Shown: positions 48,601 through 60,600 of the stretch, in pieces
How the letters are laid out: every line of letters begins with the position of its first letter
How positions within the stretch are numbered: position 1 is the stretch's first letter
NCBI GenBank assembly: GCA_002633005.1
Contig: NMRA01000371.1
Span: 174,159-238,158, forward strand
Length of the DNA stretch: 64,000 nt
Direction: 5' to 3'
Source: Phoronis australis
Lineage: Eukaryota > Animalia > Phoronida
The notes under the pieces: generated by a model
Told to the model about the DNA's origin: nothing
The model's database searches: none
What the model saw: only the letters and a program-made list of their open reading frames with translations
Translations under genes and position numbers: made by a program

Positions 48601-51600
48601 AAATCTGGGACACGGAAATTAAAGAATTTGATTTTTTTTGATACTATAGATTGGTTCATAAAATCGCCAAGAATATCTGACAGTGCAACCTTTTCATGCA
48701 CATCAATATTGTGAAACATTGAGGTGAATGAACAGTTGTCACTAATCGTAGTTCTTGAATTTGGGGCGACCAATATTGCATACTTCTAAAGTTTGGTACA
48801 ACCTCTGACCTTGAGCAAAATAATTAATTTTTCACTGCCCAAACTTGAAATTTTTTAGTGTTATGTTAGGTTGTTAAATTAACAGAATAAGCATAGAATA
48901 AGTTTAAGACGACATGACAGAGAAATGTGAACAAAGAAAGACAGACCTGCACATAGCTGTAAGTCACACTGAAGAGCATGAACAAGAGGTTCATACACAC
49001 GTCGCCATGACTTCAGCTTGCTGGTGAACATAACTTCAGAGACAGACTATCACACAGGCTTCTCACAGCGACTCACAACTAACTGATCAGTTTTAAATAA
49101 GAGTCGTCTCTCTCAAACAGTTTCAACATATCCTTTTAGAAGAATTAAACTTCAGGAAATACGACCACAATGTCACAGTGAGCTGCTGGCTGTGAGAGCA
49201 GAAGAGGCAGCACTCACGACCACTGTATCCACATTTTACGGTCAATCATAAATCCACTCGACCATGAAACAAATGAAGTTCCCCTCTATGCACAGAGACC
49301 TTTGATATGATCCCAGTCCCCCAAAACCCTGCACTGTCATAACACAAGCCTGACCAATCATGGTATACAAACAGCCCAGAGATAGCAGTGTGAATCAACA
49401 CAGGTATGTGCAGTGTTTGACCAGAAACAGGTAATTACCTGAGATTGACCACAAAACAATACAGTATCCAAGCTGTTACCAGCTTATCAGAGCAAGTCCT
49501 GAGTTATGCTGTACACAAGTGCACTGTAGGATAAAGAAACCATACAGCATAATCTCTTAATTGGAGATAGCAGCTGGCTAAACTTCTATCAAAATGTCAA
49601 GTGAAGACTCAAAATTGGAAGTCAAACATCCATTTACCAACAAAAGATGGTTCGTTTCAATACTGTAAAGAGGAAACAGTTTGAACAACTTTTGAGATAA
49701 AAATCGTAACTGCTGCTGTGCAGCTAGTGAGAGATGAAAATGGGATGAGAAACAGAAATATTGTTTTCAAGAGATTCTTTCAAATCCGTTTCTGTAAAAA
49801 ACTCCTTGTGTGAAGTGTTAAACAAATCAAAGCATATGCAAAATCTTTTCAGACAATACTCTTTCAGCAATGCACTATTTTTTCAATTTTAACAAAATGT
49901 TACAAAGAATTAAACTTCCAATTTTAATTGATTGTTACACAAACAGAAATTCATCAAAAACCTTGTATACATGCTCAGACAAACAATCCATAACAAAATA
50001 ATACAAATACAAATACAAATATTGTATTTTACAACTATGACCTTAACGTTATCTTTCGGGTGACGAATCTCATTTGAAGTTCTGTAGTGAACAAGGAAAA
50101 TGATAATCTTCAAACCAGCTGGACAACATTAATCAATCAACATGACAGTTGTATAAAGACTAAAGGGGATTGTGCAATTAATTCTACAAACCTACAGTGG
50201 CCGAGAGGATTATTATCAGACTGAGATTGCTGGTAATAATTTATAATATATGACTGACCGTTACAAATGAATTAAAGGTGCATTTAATGTTATTCAGCTA
50301 GCCAACAAACAAAAATTGAATTAACGCTTACAATCTCTTAAAATGAGTCTCGTAATATTCCTTACTTCGATAGGATTCCATGTTGGTTGCCAAGTCTCAT
50401 CACAACCACCAGTAATTCATGTAATTATACACCACCTTCGAATTTGCAATTTTAGGGTTGGCCAACCTCAAGACATTCTGAAATGCTTTCTTCAGTTGAG
50501 GATGGCTTTGACGTTCTTGTTGGTAACAGAAATGTATTCCTAACATGGCAAGGAATAATATAAATATGAATCGATTTTTTTAGCCAGGTAAACAGAATGA
50601 ATGCAGCCTACAAATTTTTACAGAAGAAAAAACCAAAAGTCAAGTTGACTGAATGAACCAATCAACTAGCAATGTCTAAAACCCACTCAGCATTAGGAAA
50701 CACTCAACTGATAGTCCTCGTTACTTCGCCAAATGAAAAACCATAAATTATCTTATGAATGTAAACAATGGTGTTTCTCAAAATAAAAAAAAATAAAAAA
50801 ATATGACACTTAGAAAAGAAATCATTCTATCATATCGCGGCAGATTACATTGTGAAGCTAAAAAACGCATTTTTGGGATTGGATAAGTTAGATTTCTTTA
50901 AGTTATTATAAAACCACAAAATCCATGGACTTGCTTTTGTCATTATATTGCAAATCACAAATTGTCGCTGTTGTCTGCCAGACATTTGCTAAAATCAAGG
51001 CCAGTTTCTACTAGTATCACTAAAATAGGTTTAAAACACCCTGCTATGTAAGTTACGGTATGTAGCCATGGAATGTGGCCACGGAATGTGGTCATGGAAT
51101 GTGGCCATGGAATGTGGCCATGGAATGTGGCCATGGAATGTGGTCATGGAATGTGGTCATGGAATGTGGCCATGGAATGTGGCCATGGAATGTGGCCATG
51201 GAATTTGGCCATGGAATGTGGCCATGGAATGTGGCTCAGTAAAGGAACATTCAGCTGCTGCAACAGAATCAGTGGCTTCGATTACTTCCTGTAAAATTAC
51301 TTTTCTTTCCAAGAATAACCCTAGTATCTACGTAAGTCGCTGTTGATTATTTATTTCCTCCGAGGGATCCAGTCTAATTAGTACATGTCTTATTAAAATT
51401 ATGGTGATAAGCGCTTGTTTGCTGCTTTTGGGAGAGAAGTGGGCTATTTTAGTAATTCAAATGACATAAGACGTCCCTTTCCAACTGGTCAGGAATGAAT
51501 TCAAAATAATCAGTACATTAAGGTTTCATAGTGGTTCCTATTGGTGGTACTGAGTTTAGAATCACGCACCTATGTCTCATATTAAAGAAAAAAATGGTGA

Positions 51601-54600
51601 GACCACGGGACTGTTTCAAAAAAGTGACTTAAGAGTTCAGACAGAATTTTGGTCTTACTTTCAAATATTCACGAAAAATAATTTAACTCGCTTTGGCATA
51701 AAAATAAAGTATCTGGGAATATGCTAATTGCTGAATTTCGATAAACACTTTCTTTAACTGTAAAGCACAAAACTTTGCGCACACTCATTTGAAGTTCGTA
51801 TATAGGCAGTATCTTTTTACTTTGAAATAGGGTATCCGTCAACAACACAATTTGCCTTCTCATGGGTGAGTGACATTTCTAATTATTTTTTTTCATTATT
51901 GTGTGAAATTGTAGAAGGCGACCTACAAGAAACAAATTTCGTAATTGGTTTCTAATTAGAAATTTAGCAATGCCAAGAGGTACCTGTTACCACAGTGTCA
52001 ATGTTTAGAGGACAACTCTGACAAAGAACGAATTGGTCAGTTCCAATTAGAAGAGTTGACTTTCACCATTAAAATTCAAATGTGAATCAGAAAAAGCTCA
52101 TCAATTTCATTTAACTATGTCCATTTCAAAAATGGGAAATCCATTTTATTTCCCTTTTAGGTTCAAAATATATGTTTAAAAATCTAACATTTCATACATT
52201 TTCATACCAAATTACCTGGTTTATGTTTATTAGTTAACAGAAATTTCAATAAAATTCTAACCATTACATCAGCTTTCAATTATTTCAATAGTAGTATGAC
52301 AACCAATAGAAGCAAACACTATGTCCAACCAGCATGTGGAGATGTGTCAACTTATGACGTACACCATCAGGACCCCATTTAATCAAAGGTCGAACAATTG
52401 GTATTCGCAAAGACAGCCGTATTTTGAATATTTACTGGAGAATGATTTGTTAACATAATTTATGAAGGTGGCATAGTTTATCTTTCATACGAACTATGAT
52501 CATATTTATGACTATAACAATGTTTCATTCTTACAAAAACGTAACGTTGTCTTTGCAATAACGTGCCCATGAAGGTCTTAGCTACAATTGAACTTTTAAT
52601 GAAACAGGTCCTGAAGAGTAACAAGCATGCAACATTGGTGGCATTAGAAAATGACTACAGCTCTATATATGCAACTGAGCGTCCTGTTCTAAGTCTTTTC
52701 ACCTAAGTGAACCGCCTGGACTAAGTGAAAATAACGACAACTTTATGTACCTAACTGAACGGCCTGGACAAAGTCAAAATGGCGACAACTCTACACATGC
52801 AACTGAACGACGAGGTCTGTGTTAAAATGACGACAACCCTATATACACAACTGAATGACCTGGTATATGTTAAAATGACGACAACTCTATATATGCAACT
52901 GAATGACCTGGTTTAAGTCAAAATGACTACAACTCCAAACACACAACTGAACAATATGGTCAACATCAAGAAGTCCAATCTGAACATAAGCAATCACATG
53001 CAGACATTCATGATCACCATGACAACATGTTCATTGAGTGCAGGTGCTAAAACTAACTGACCTTATGTGAACTACAAATATGGCAATGACCTTTGACCCC
53101 ATTTGTTGTCTTCTTCATGTTGCACAGATGGAAACCAACATGAAGTTATGAAGACCAGAAGTGTGTTTCCCACATATAGGCCTTATAGAACTTGTGTAAG
53201 ACTGACACAGAGAGGAAAAGTGTTGTCTACAGATGATTGGTTGCATGAAAAGTGTTGTCTACAGATGATTGGTTGCATGAAAAGTGTTGTCTACAGATGA
53301 TTGGTTGCATGAAAAGTGTTGTCTACAGATGATTGGTTGCATGAAAAGTGTTGTCTACAGATGATTGGTTGCATGAAAATGTTCATAGATTGCAGCAAAC
53401 AGTTATTGGAAGTATTAGTTTATTAGAAGCGAGTTACCTGCTTGGTTAGTTTGTGGAGTGGAAGAGAATGTAGGCAGAGCATTCAAACCTCGTAGATGTG
53501 CCGCTGAATTGAGCACCTTGGGCAGCGTCTGGTTATTGGTCAGCATGGATGGGGAGTTGAGAGAACCCTCATGTCCAAACCTCAGTGTGTTGCTGGTCCT
53601 GGAAGTCTGAAAAATTTTGTCCCGGAAATATTATACTTGATGAATAATGGATCTGGACATTATTGAATGCTTATGTAATTTTGAAGTGATAATTGTACTT
53701 TGTTCTAAATTGTTCTGACAGATTTATTTGCTAAAATTGGATGAATTATGAGATATGTCTCAGAAGAATACACATTTTTAATGACATAAACTGAAAGTTG
53801 AGTCATCAGTTTTGAGAATAGTTACAAGCAAAGTTTGTGAAATTATCAAATGTAGACAAGCTAATTCAAGCACCTGTGACCCAATGAGTTTATTTTGACA
53901 ATGATGGACCGATTCACCCTTTAACTACCGCTAATACCGGATGGTGACCACAGTTACAGGCTATTAATAAATTCTCAGACCCTAATCTTCCGACAACACT
54001 TAATAACTCTAAAAGTCTAACTGCATTAATATAAACATTGTGATTCAGGAATGCTATATAACCTATCTTCCTTTGATTACATTCGACATACAGTTAAAGA
54101 TCCATAAATTGTAAATGTGCAAATGAAGTACTAATTTACAAGCAACCCCAGGTCCTTCAGTGTGCTGGAAACCATCCGAGAATCAGTCACCATAATTACA
54201 ATCTCGCGAAAGTCTCGTTTTGCGAGACTATTTTTATGTAAATGAGAATGATAATATTTCACCATTACCCTAAAGAAAAAAGGCACAGTTTTTATATTTG
54301 ATTATTTCACTATCAAATAACGATTGCTTAATATTCGGAATTACTAGTTTTTTTTATAACTTCACACTTGATTTTAAATGTATCAATTGTAGTATTTTCT
54401 TTAAAACTGCAAACAAATTTGTAAATAATTTGTTTCTATTCTTGATTATACTTGTACACACAGTTCTCCAGGTGCTTGTTACAAATTTAGATATTCACGC
54501 TTTTAATGAGACACAGCATTTTTAAACATCTGTCGCCACATCACAGCCCAACAACTAGAAGAATTTCAGCAACAACTCACCTGCGTCAGCCTCTGTGCAT

Positions 54601-57600
54601 CACCAGTGGATGTGGGTGAGTTGGACTGTGTACTCAGAGGTGTCATTCTGTTCTCCTCGCCGGGCCAAGAATGCTTACCTGGACAGGTGAAAAAAGTAAT
54701 TCATTGGGACAACAGAACCTGATGTTCACGCTTTTACCTTACTTATTTGTATAACGTTTCATCGTTTCTAACATTAGTCCATGAGCCAGGAGACTGACCT
54801 TGGATTTGGCGAATAGTTTTTTCTTTGCTGTTTCGTGTAGCTTAAGAGTTAAGTGACTATGAATTAGAGGTTGGCCGTTCACAGCCCTTGAGCATTTTTT
54901 TAAATATACAAATTAAGGCTGTCGTTACGCAAAATTCTAGTTGTGCTTGCAGCTACAGTAGGTCTACCTTACACAACAGGTGAACTATCATCAAGAGTTT
55001 TACACCTACGTTCTTAAGGTCAAATAGTTTAATGAAATTAGTTTGCAAGTTGTTACATTATAAATTTGCACAATTAATCCAAATTAAAGCCATAGGCAGT
55101 CATTATTAAAAATTTTCTGCTCTCAATGTTGTTACGGGAGCACTACATGAACATTATTTTGATATGTGTACTGATCTTTTTGTGGTTAATGAATTTAATG
55201 GAATCTGTTGGCAGATTATTACATCAACTTATTATAAAGAATTTGTAATACTAACAGTCATTTCTAATTCCAATTTTTCTGATACCCAGGGTAGATCTAG
55301 TAGATTTTATTAGATTCACTGACCACAGAAATATTGGTACATCTATAGCTACAACATAACTCTGATGTCTGACACAACAGATATAAGCACAAGTAGAGTT
55401 TTGAATAATAGTGGCCTTAATTTGTGTGAATTATCAACCAAAAGACATGCAGATTCACAAAAACATGAGATATGATATGAAAATGATGTACATGTAATAC
55501 TCGTAAGGAAGTTATGAGCAGAAACAACATTTTGAATAAAGGTGGCCTTTATATGCACAAATCATGCAAATTTATCATGCATCAACTTGCAAACTGATTT
55601 CAATAAACTACCTAACCGCATAAACGCAGGTATAAATATCAAAATAGTTTACATGTGATATCTGGTACTTCATCTGTAAGTACAAGTAGAATTTTTAATA
55701 ATGGTGGCCTTAATTTGCATATATTATGCAACTTTACAAATTTACAATATATCCACCAGCAAATCAGCTCCATTAAATTCACTGACCATGGAACCATAGG
55801 TGAAAACATAACAATAACTTGCTCAAGGCTTGCGAATGATCACACCCTGAAATCATGATTATCTATGCTCTCAAGGCTTGCGAAAGGTCACACCCTTAAA
55901 TCATGATTATCTATGCTCTCAAGGCTTGCGAATGGTCACACCCTTAAATCATGATTATCTATGCCCTCAAGGCTTGCGAAAGGTCACACCCTTAAATCAT
56001 GATTATCTATGCCCTCAAGGCTTGCGAATGGCCACACCCTTAAATCATGATTATTTATGCATAAGCTACATAAAACAGTAAAGTACAAACTTTATCCAGC
56101 CAATCCAGCTTAAATAAAAACAGTCTTTGGCTTCATTTCCATTATTGCTTAATGCTGTACTTTGCACTATTACGCTGGTTAAAAAAATGAAAATCCAGTT
56201 TAACACATTACACTCATACACTCAATCTCATAATATTTCTTACTCCAATTCTATTCCTGTTAGTAACAAGAACACACAAACCATCAGCCTGCTTAGGAAA
56301 ATGCTACAGCAATTATTGGGGTTGGCAAACCATAAATGTGAGTTTGAAAAAAACAGTGGACACGCATTCCCCAACCATGAATGTGTCTGAGCGCAGAACA
56401 AATATCAACAACAGAACCAACTTTTGATGAAATAAATTAATACTGCGTGTTAATGAATTTTATATTTCTGACTTTTGCGACCAACTACGAAACATTTGAA
56501 ACCAATAACATAAGGGTATACAGGAGTTCCTTCAGAATTATCTGTTTGTACAATCAACTTCAGATGCAATGCAAATAATTTGCAAAACACTGGAAGTTAA
56601 GGATTAAACAATTACACACTGGTCTTGAGTCATCAAGTTAAGAATATAGAACTACACCTGTTCTCTATCCAATACCAACAGGAAATTTTTCTGAAGCAAC
56701 GGTGACTGAACATGTGAGTATTGTGACATTTACTGCCATCAAAATTAGGAGGAAACAAATTCATTTTTATGCAACATGCCCAAAGTAAGTAGGCATCTCT
56801 TTCAGAAAACCAATTACTTGCAAATTGAAGTTCCTTCTAACTCAGCCAGGTGGCAGCAGAGGTTACTGGTCCAATGTTGAGATTGCTTTACAAAAGTGCT
56901 GTGATGTTTATCTTGGTCAGAATGTGAAAGCTCAATATAAAATCTTTAAGTGCTCCCACCACACTTAATGGAGATTACCATTCTCAGTGTGAACCTTGCC
57001 TACTTACCAAATGAAGCAGAAAGCCTGGATGACACAAGACTACCAGTCTCGGACCCACTGTAGTATGAGTAACTACCTTCACTCTCCATTAGTTCATGGT
57101 AATCATCTCTGGAGATAAAAAAAGCCAGCGTTATGAATATCTTTGTCTTTTACATTCTTTACAGACTTTACCTTCAGAAACAACTGTTTACAGTAATCTT
57201 GTTTATTGTCAAAGAATAGATGTTATGGGAGAAAAGAGATCTTGTCACGGAATCCGGTAAAACTCAGCTTGACATCTAAAGCACTTGTGCAGCTTTAACA
57301 GGCCACCAGATGTCTCCCCGGAAGGAGAGGAAGACCACCAGACGTGCACTATGCATGCATGTATTCAGGTCCATGCACCTACATCTGAACAAATGCGTTT
57401 TTTCAAACATTGTTTACTCAAGTGTTTAGAATACATGCGGATATGTCCAAGTTCCACTTAAAAGTGCAGGTGGGTGTCATTTGTACAGAAACATAGTGAG
57501 ACGCATGCATTAGCCTTTAGAAAAACGCATAATTCTGCCTGTGTGAAACATTTTTAGGCAAGTTGATTTGACAGACAGTGCATTTCCTAGACTGTAACTC

Positions 57601-60600
57601 AGATAAGATCAGTTTCTGTTAAGACAACTTGTGAAGTCTCATGTAACTAGTAAGATTAACAGTTCAGTATATAGTTCAATTAATAACTGTTCATAAAGGA
57701 TGAACAAAACTAGTTTGTTACTAATTGAACCAGAACTGAATGTTGCATTCTGTCTGGATGGAAATTAAGAAATATTTGATTTACTATGTTTAATTAACCT
57801 TCCAAGAGAAACCAGTGAAAATGCCAACAGTTCTCAACAAAGAAAATAAAATAACTGTCAGTGCAATCACAGTTGCTGCGTCAGGACTACTAAGACTTAG
57901 AACTACCAGTATTGCTGAGTAAGGACTACTAAGACTCAGAACTACCAGTATTGCTGAGTAAGGACTATTAAGACTCAGAACTACCAGTATTGCTGCGTCA
58001 GGACTACTAAGACTCAGAACTACCAGTATTGCTGCGTCAGGACTACTAAGACTCAGAACTACCAGTATTGCTGCGTCAGGACTACGAAGACTCAGAACTA
58101 CCAATATTGCTGCGTCAGGACTACTAAGACTCAGAACTACCAGTATTGCTGAGTAAGGACTATTAACTAAGTCTCACAGCTACCAATGTCATCAGTGTTT
58201 CAATTAGTCCCATTCAGTTGGTGGAAAAATACAAATCAATACTTACTGAGCCTTCCCATCTCTTGTCACGACCATAATCACCCTGTTGGATGCTGAACCA
58301 TTTCTTAATACTGTTACAGCTCTATAGAACAAAGTGCAATATTGAACAATAGGCAATTCTGACTAAACGGGTCCTGGATTTTGAGAATCAGTTTGATGCC
58401 CGTTATTCAGTAGAGGAAACTGGTTCTCAAAATGAGGAACTGATGTAAGTGACTGTTTCGGAATAAAATACATCATCACAGTGTCACAGGAAGTTCTTTC
58501 ATCAATGACAACGAGAGGAGTCCGATTCATGAATGTGACTTCAGACAGAAATTTGATCTCACGCTCCCATTTAACACTTATAACATAACAGTTTAGTCAC
58601 ATAACTATCAGCACATCACTAGCTGGAGAGATATTTGTACAAATTTTCTCAGTATTTAGCAGTTATAGGTATATTCTCAGATACACTGTTCTTTTGCAAA
58701 AGTGAGTTTTAATTATTTATTAGAACTAATTATGTGGAGCGTAAGACCAAATCTCTGTCATAAGTCACTTTTCACGAAACAAAACCCTCGACTAATGAAC
58801 TCAAATTTAATGAGGATAGCAAAAAGTTGTCACATTAGAAACACAGAACTCATTCTGAGGAAACACAGATTGAAATAAATGAAACAGTATTTTGACATGA
58901 AGCAACAAAATTAAAAATTGGAGAACTGTAGTATGAAATTCAAGGTCACATATGTTGTAATAAAAGCTGATGTAAAATTAAAGGCATTTTTTTAATTAAT
59001 GAGTCACTGCTTTAGAGTATTGTTCAAAAAGAGGCTTTCTATCTTTACTTCTTAAATCCTTACAAAACCCCCAGGAAATGACATCCAGAAAACAGACACG
59101 AAGAGTAAAATAGCAGTGATGAGTGCACTAACTCCCTCATTAGTTGCAACAATTACCTGGTTATGAAACAACAAGAGCAGTCAATCAGCAATTTTCAAAA
59201 AAGTACATTTCCTCACCTTTCGTTGGTTACATGTTCCAGACTGTCTCCATTCACTTCAAGGATCTGGTCACCTTCACACAGTCGACCTTACAACACAGAG
59301 TATGAACATTTCACCAAACCAAATAAATTCAGTTTGTACAGTAATGCTTCACTTCTTTATCACACAAGATGGCCAACAAGAGAAATTCTATTTTGTCAAA
59401 TTTCTCCATGAAAACAGGGAATACGAAAATTTTAGTCTATGACTAGCATGGTATGTAAATGTCGTGAAATAACATTTTAATAAAGTTTGCGTTATGGGTA
59501 GCACGGTAACCAGCCTTGAAAAATGTAAAATGACAATTATGACAATTATTTTTGTGTGAAATGAGTGGAGAGTTACTGTAATGAAACTCTAGTAAAAGAT
59601 GAGTCCACTTAATGCACAATTAATGGACACTCAGTTCTAAGTCAGGTGTCGAGAAACCATTAAAACCTTAACTTCACTAGCAATGATTAGTTCAGATAGT
59701 TCAAGTGCTTCTGCTAACATCAGAGAAACAACTAAGTTGATATGATCCAACTACCTTTAACAGAATGGGAGGGATTCAAACTAAGTTTCCCTAAAAGGGC
59801 ACCCTAGAGTAAGCAATTGTACCAAATAGACACGTGATCAAGTGAAAGAACTCTTAAAATTGGTTGCAATCAACCTTCCGTAAACAAAAAATGTCCAAAT
59901 TTCAACTAAGATTATCTGAACATGAAAATAAAATAAGCTAAAATCTAATAGGCTCTAGCTTTTGGATACTACTAAGTATCTACTAAAATTTGAAAAGCAT
60001 ACACATAAATACCGTAAAAATTGTAACCAATATATTGTTAAATGAAAGATCCAGTACCACAGAGTCCAGTAACAAGTTACTTCCTCAATCGCGTACAGTA
60101 TAGAAAAACGTGTCACAGCTCTATTGGGAAACCAATATAATATGACAAACACAACATTAAAATAGACTGAGCCTATTACGTCAGACAAATATAGTCTATC
60201 CCACAATCCCCTTTAACTCTGTTGGCCAGAGGAAAGTATTACAAATGAACAATAAATAAAAGCATTCTGAGAAGCAGCACTTGGTGAAATCAAATGAAAA
60301 ATTTGAAAGGACAATGACAAAAGTAAGAACAGAAACAACCAAGGCCCCTGACACCTACCAAAGACAAACGAACGAAAGTGCAATGAAGGAATCATCGGAA
60401 AATCAAGTATAACTCGAAAATGGTAAGTCATACAGGAAAATGGACAAGATGCAACCGACTGCTTTTGAAAAGATCTATCCACATACCAAGTTTAAAAAAT
60501 CTATAGGGACAGCAGAGCAAAAAGTAAAAAATGGGCACCACAGCGGCATCTTGCGTTCAATTTCAACCAAAAACAATAGCCATCAAGCAATTCACAAGAG

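Noticed and set aside
48985-49100. aagtcATGGCG on the minus strand as a possible alternative STXBP4 first exon
   Set aside because: No convincing phase-compatible donor, and the frame stops after 5 codons.
53215-53379. Regular 32-48-bp repeats that superficially resemble CRISPR arrays
   Set aside because: Head-to-tail repeats with no unique spacers, in a eukaryotic spliced-gene context with no cas genes.
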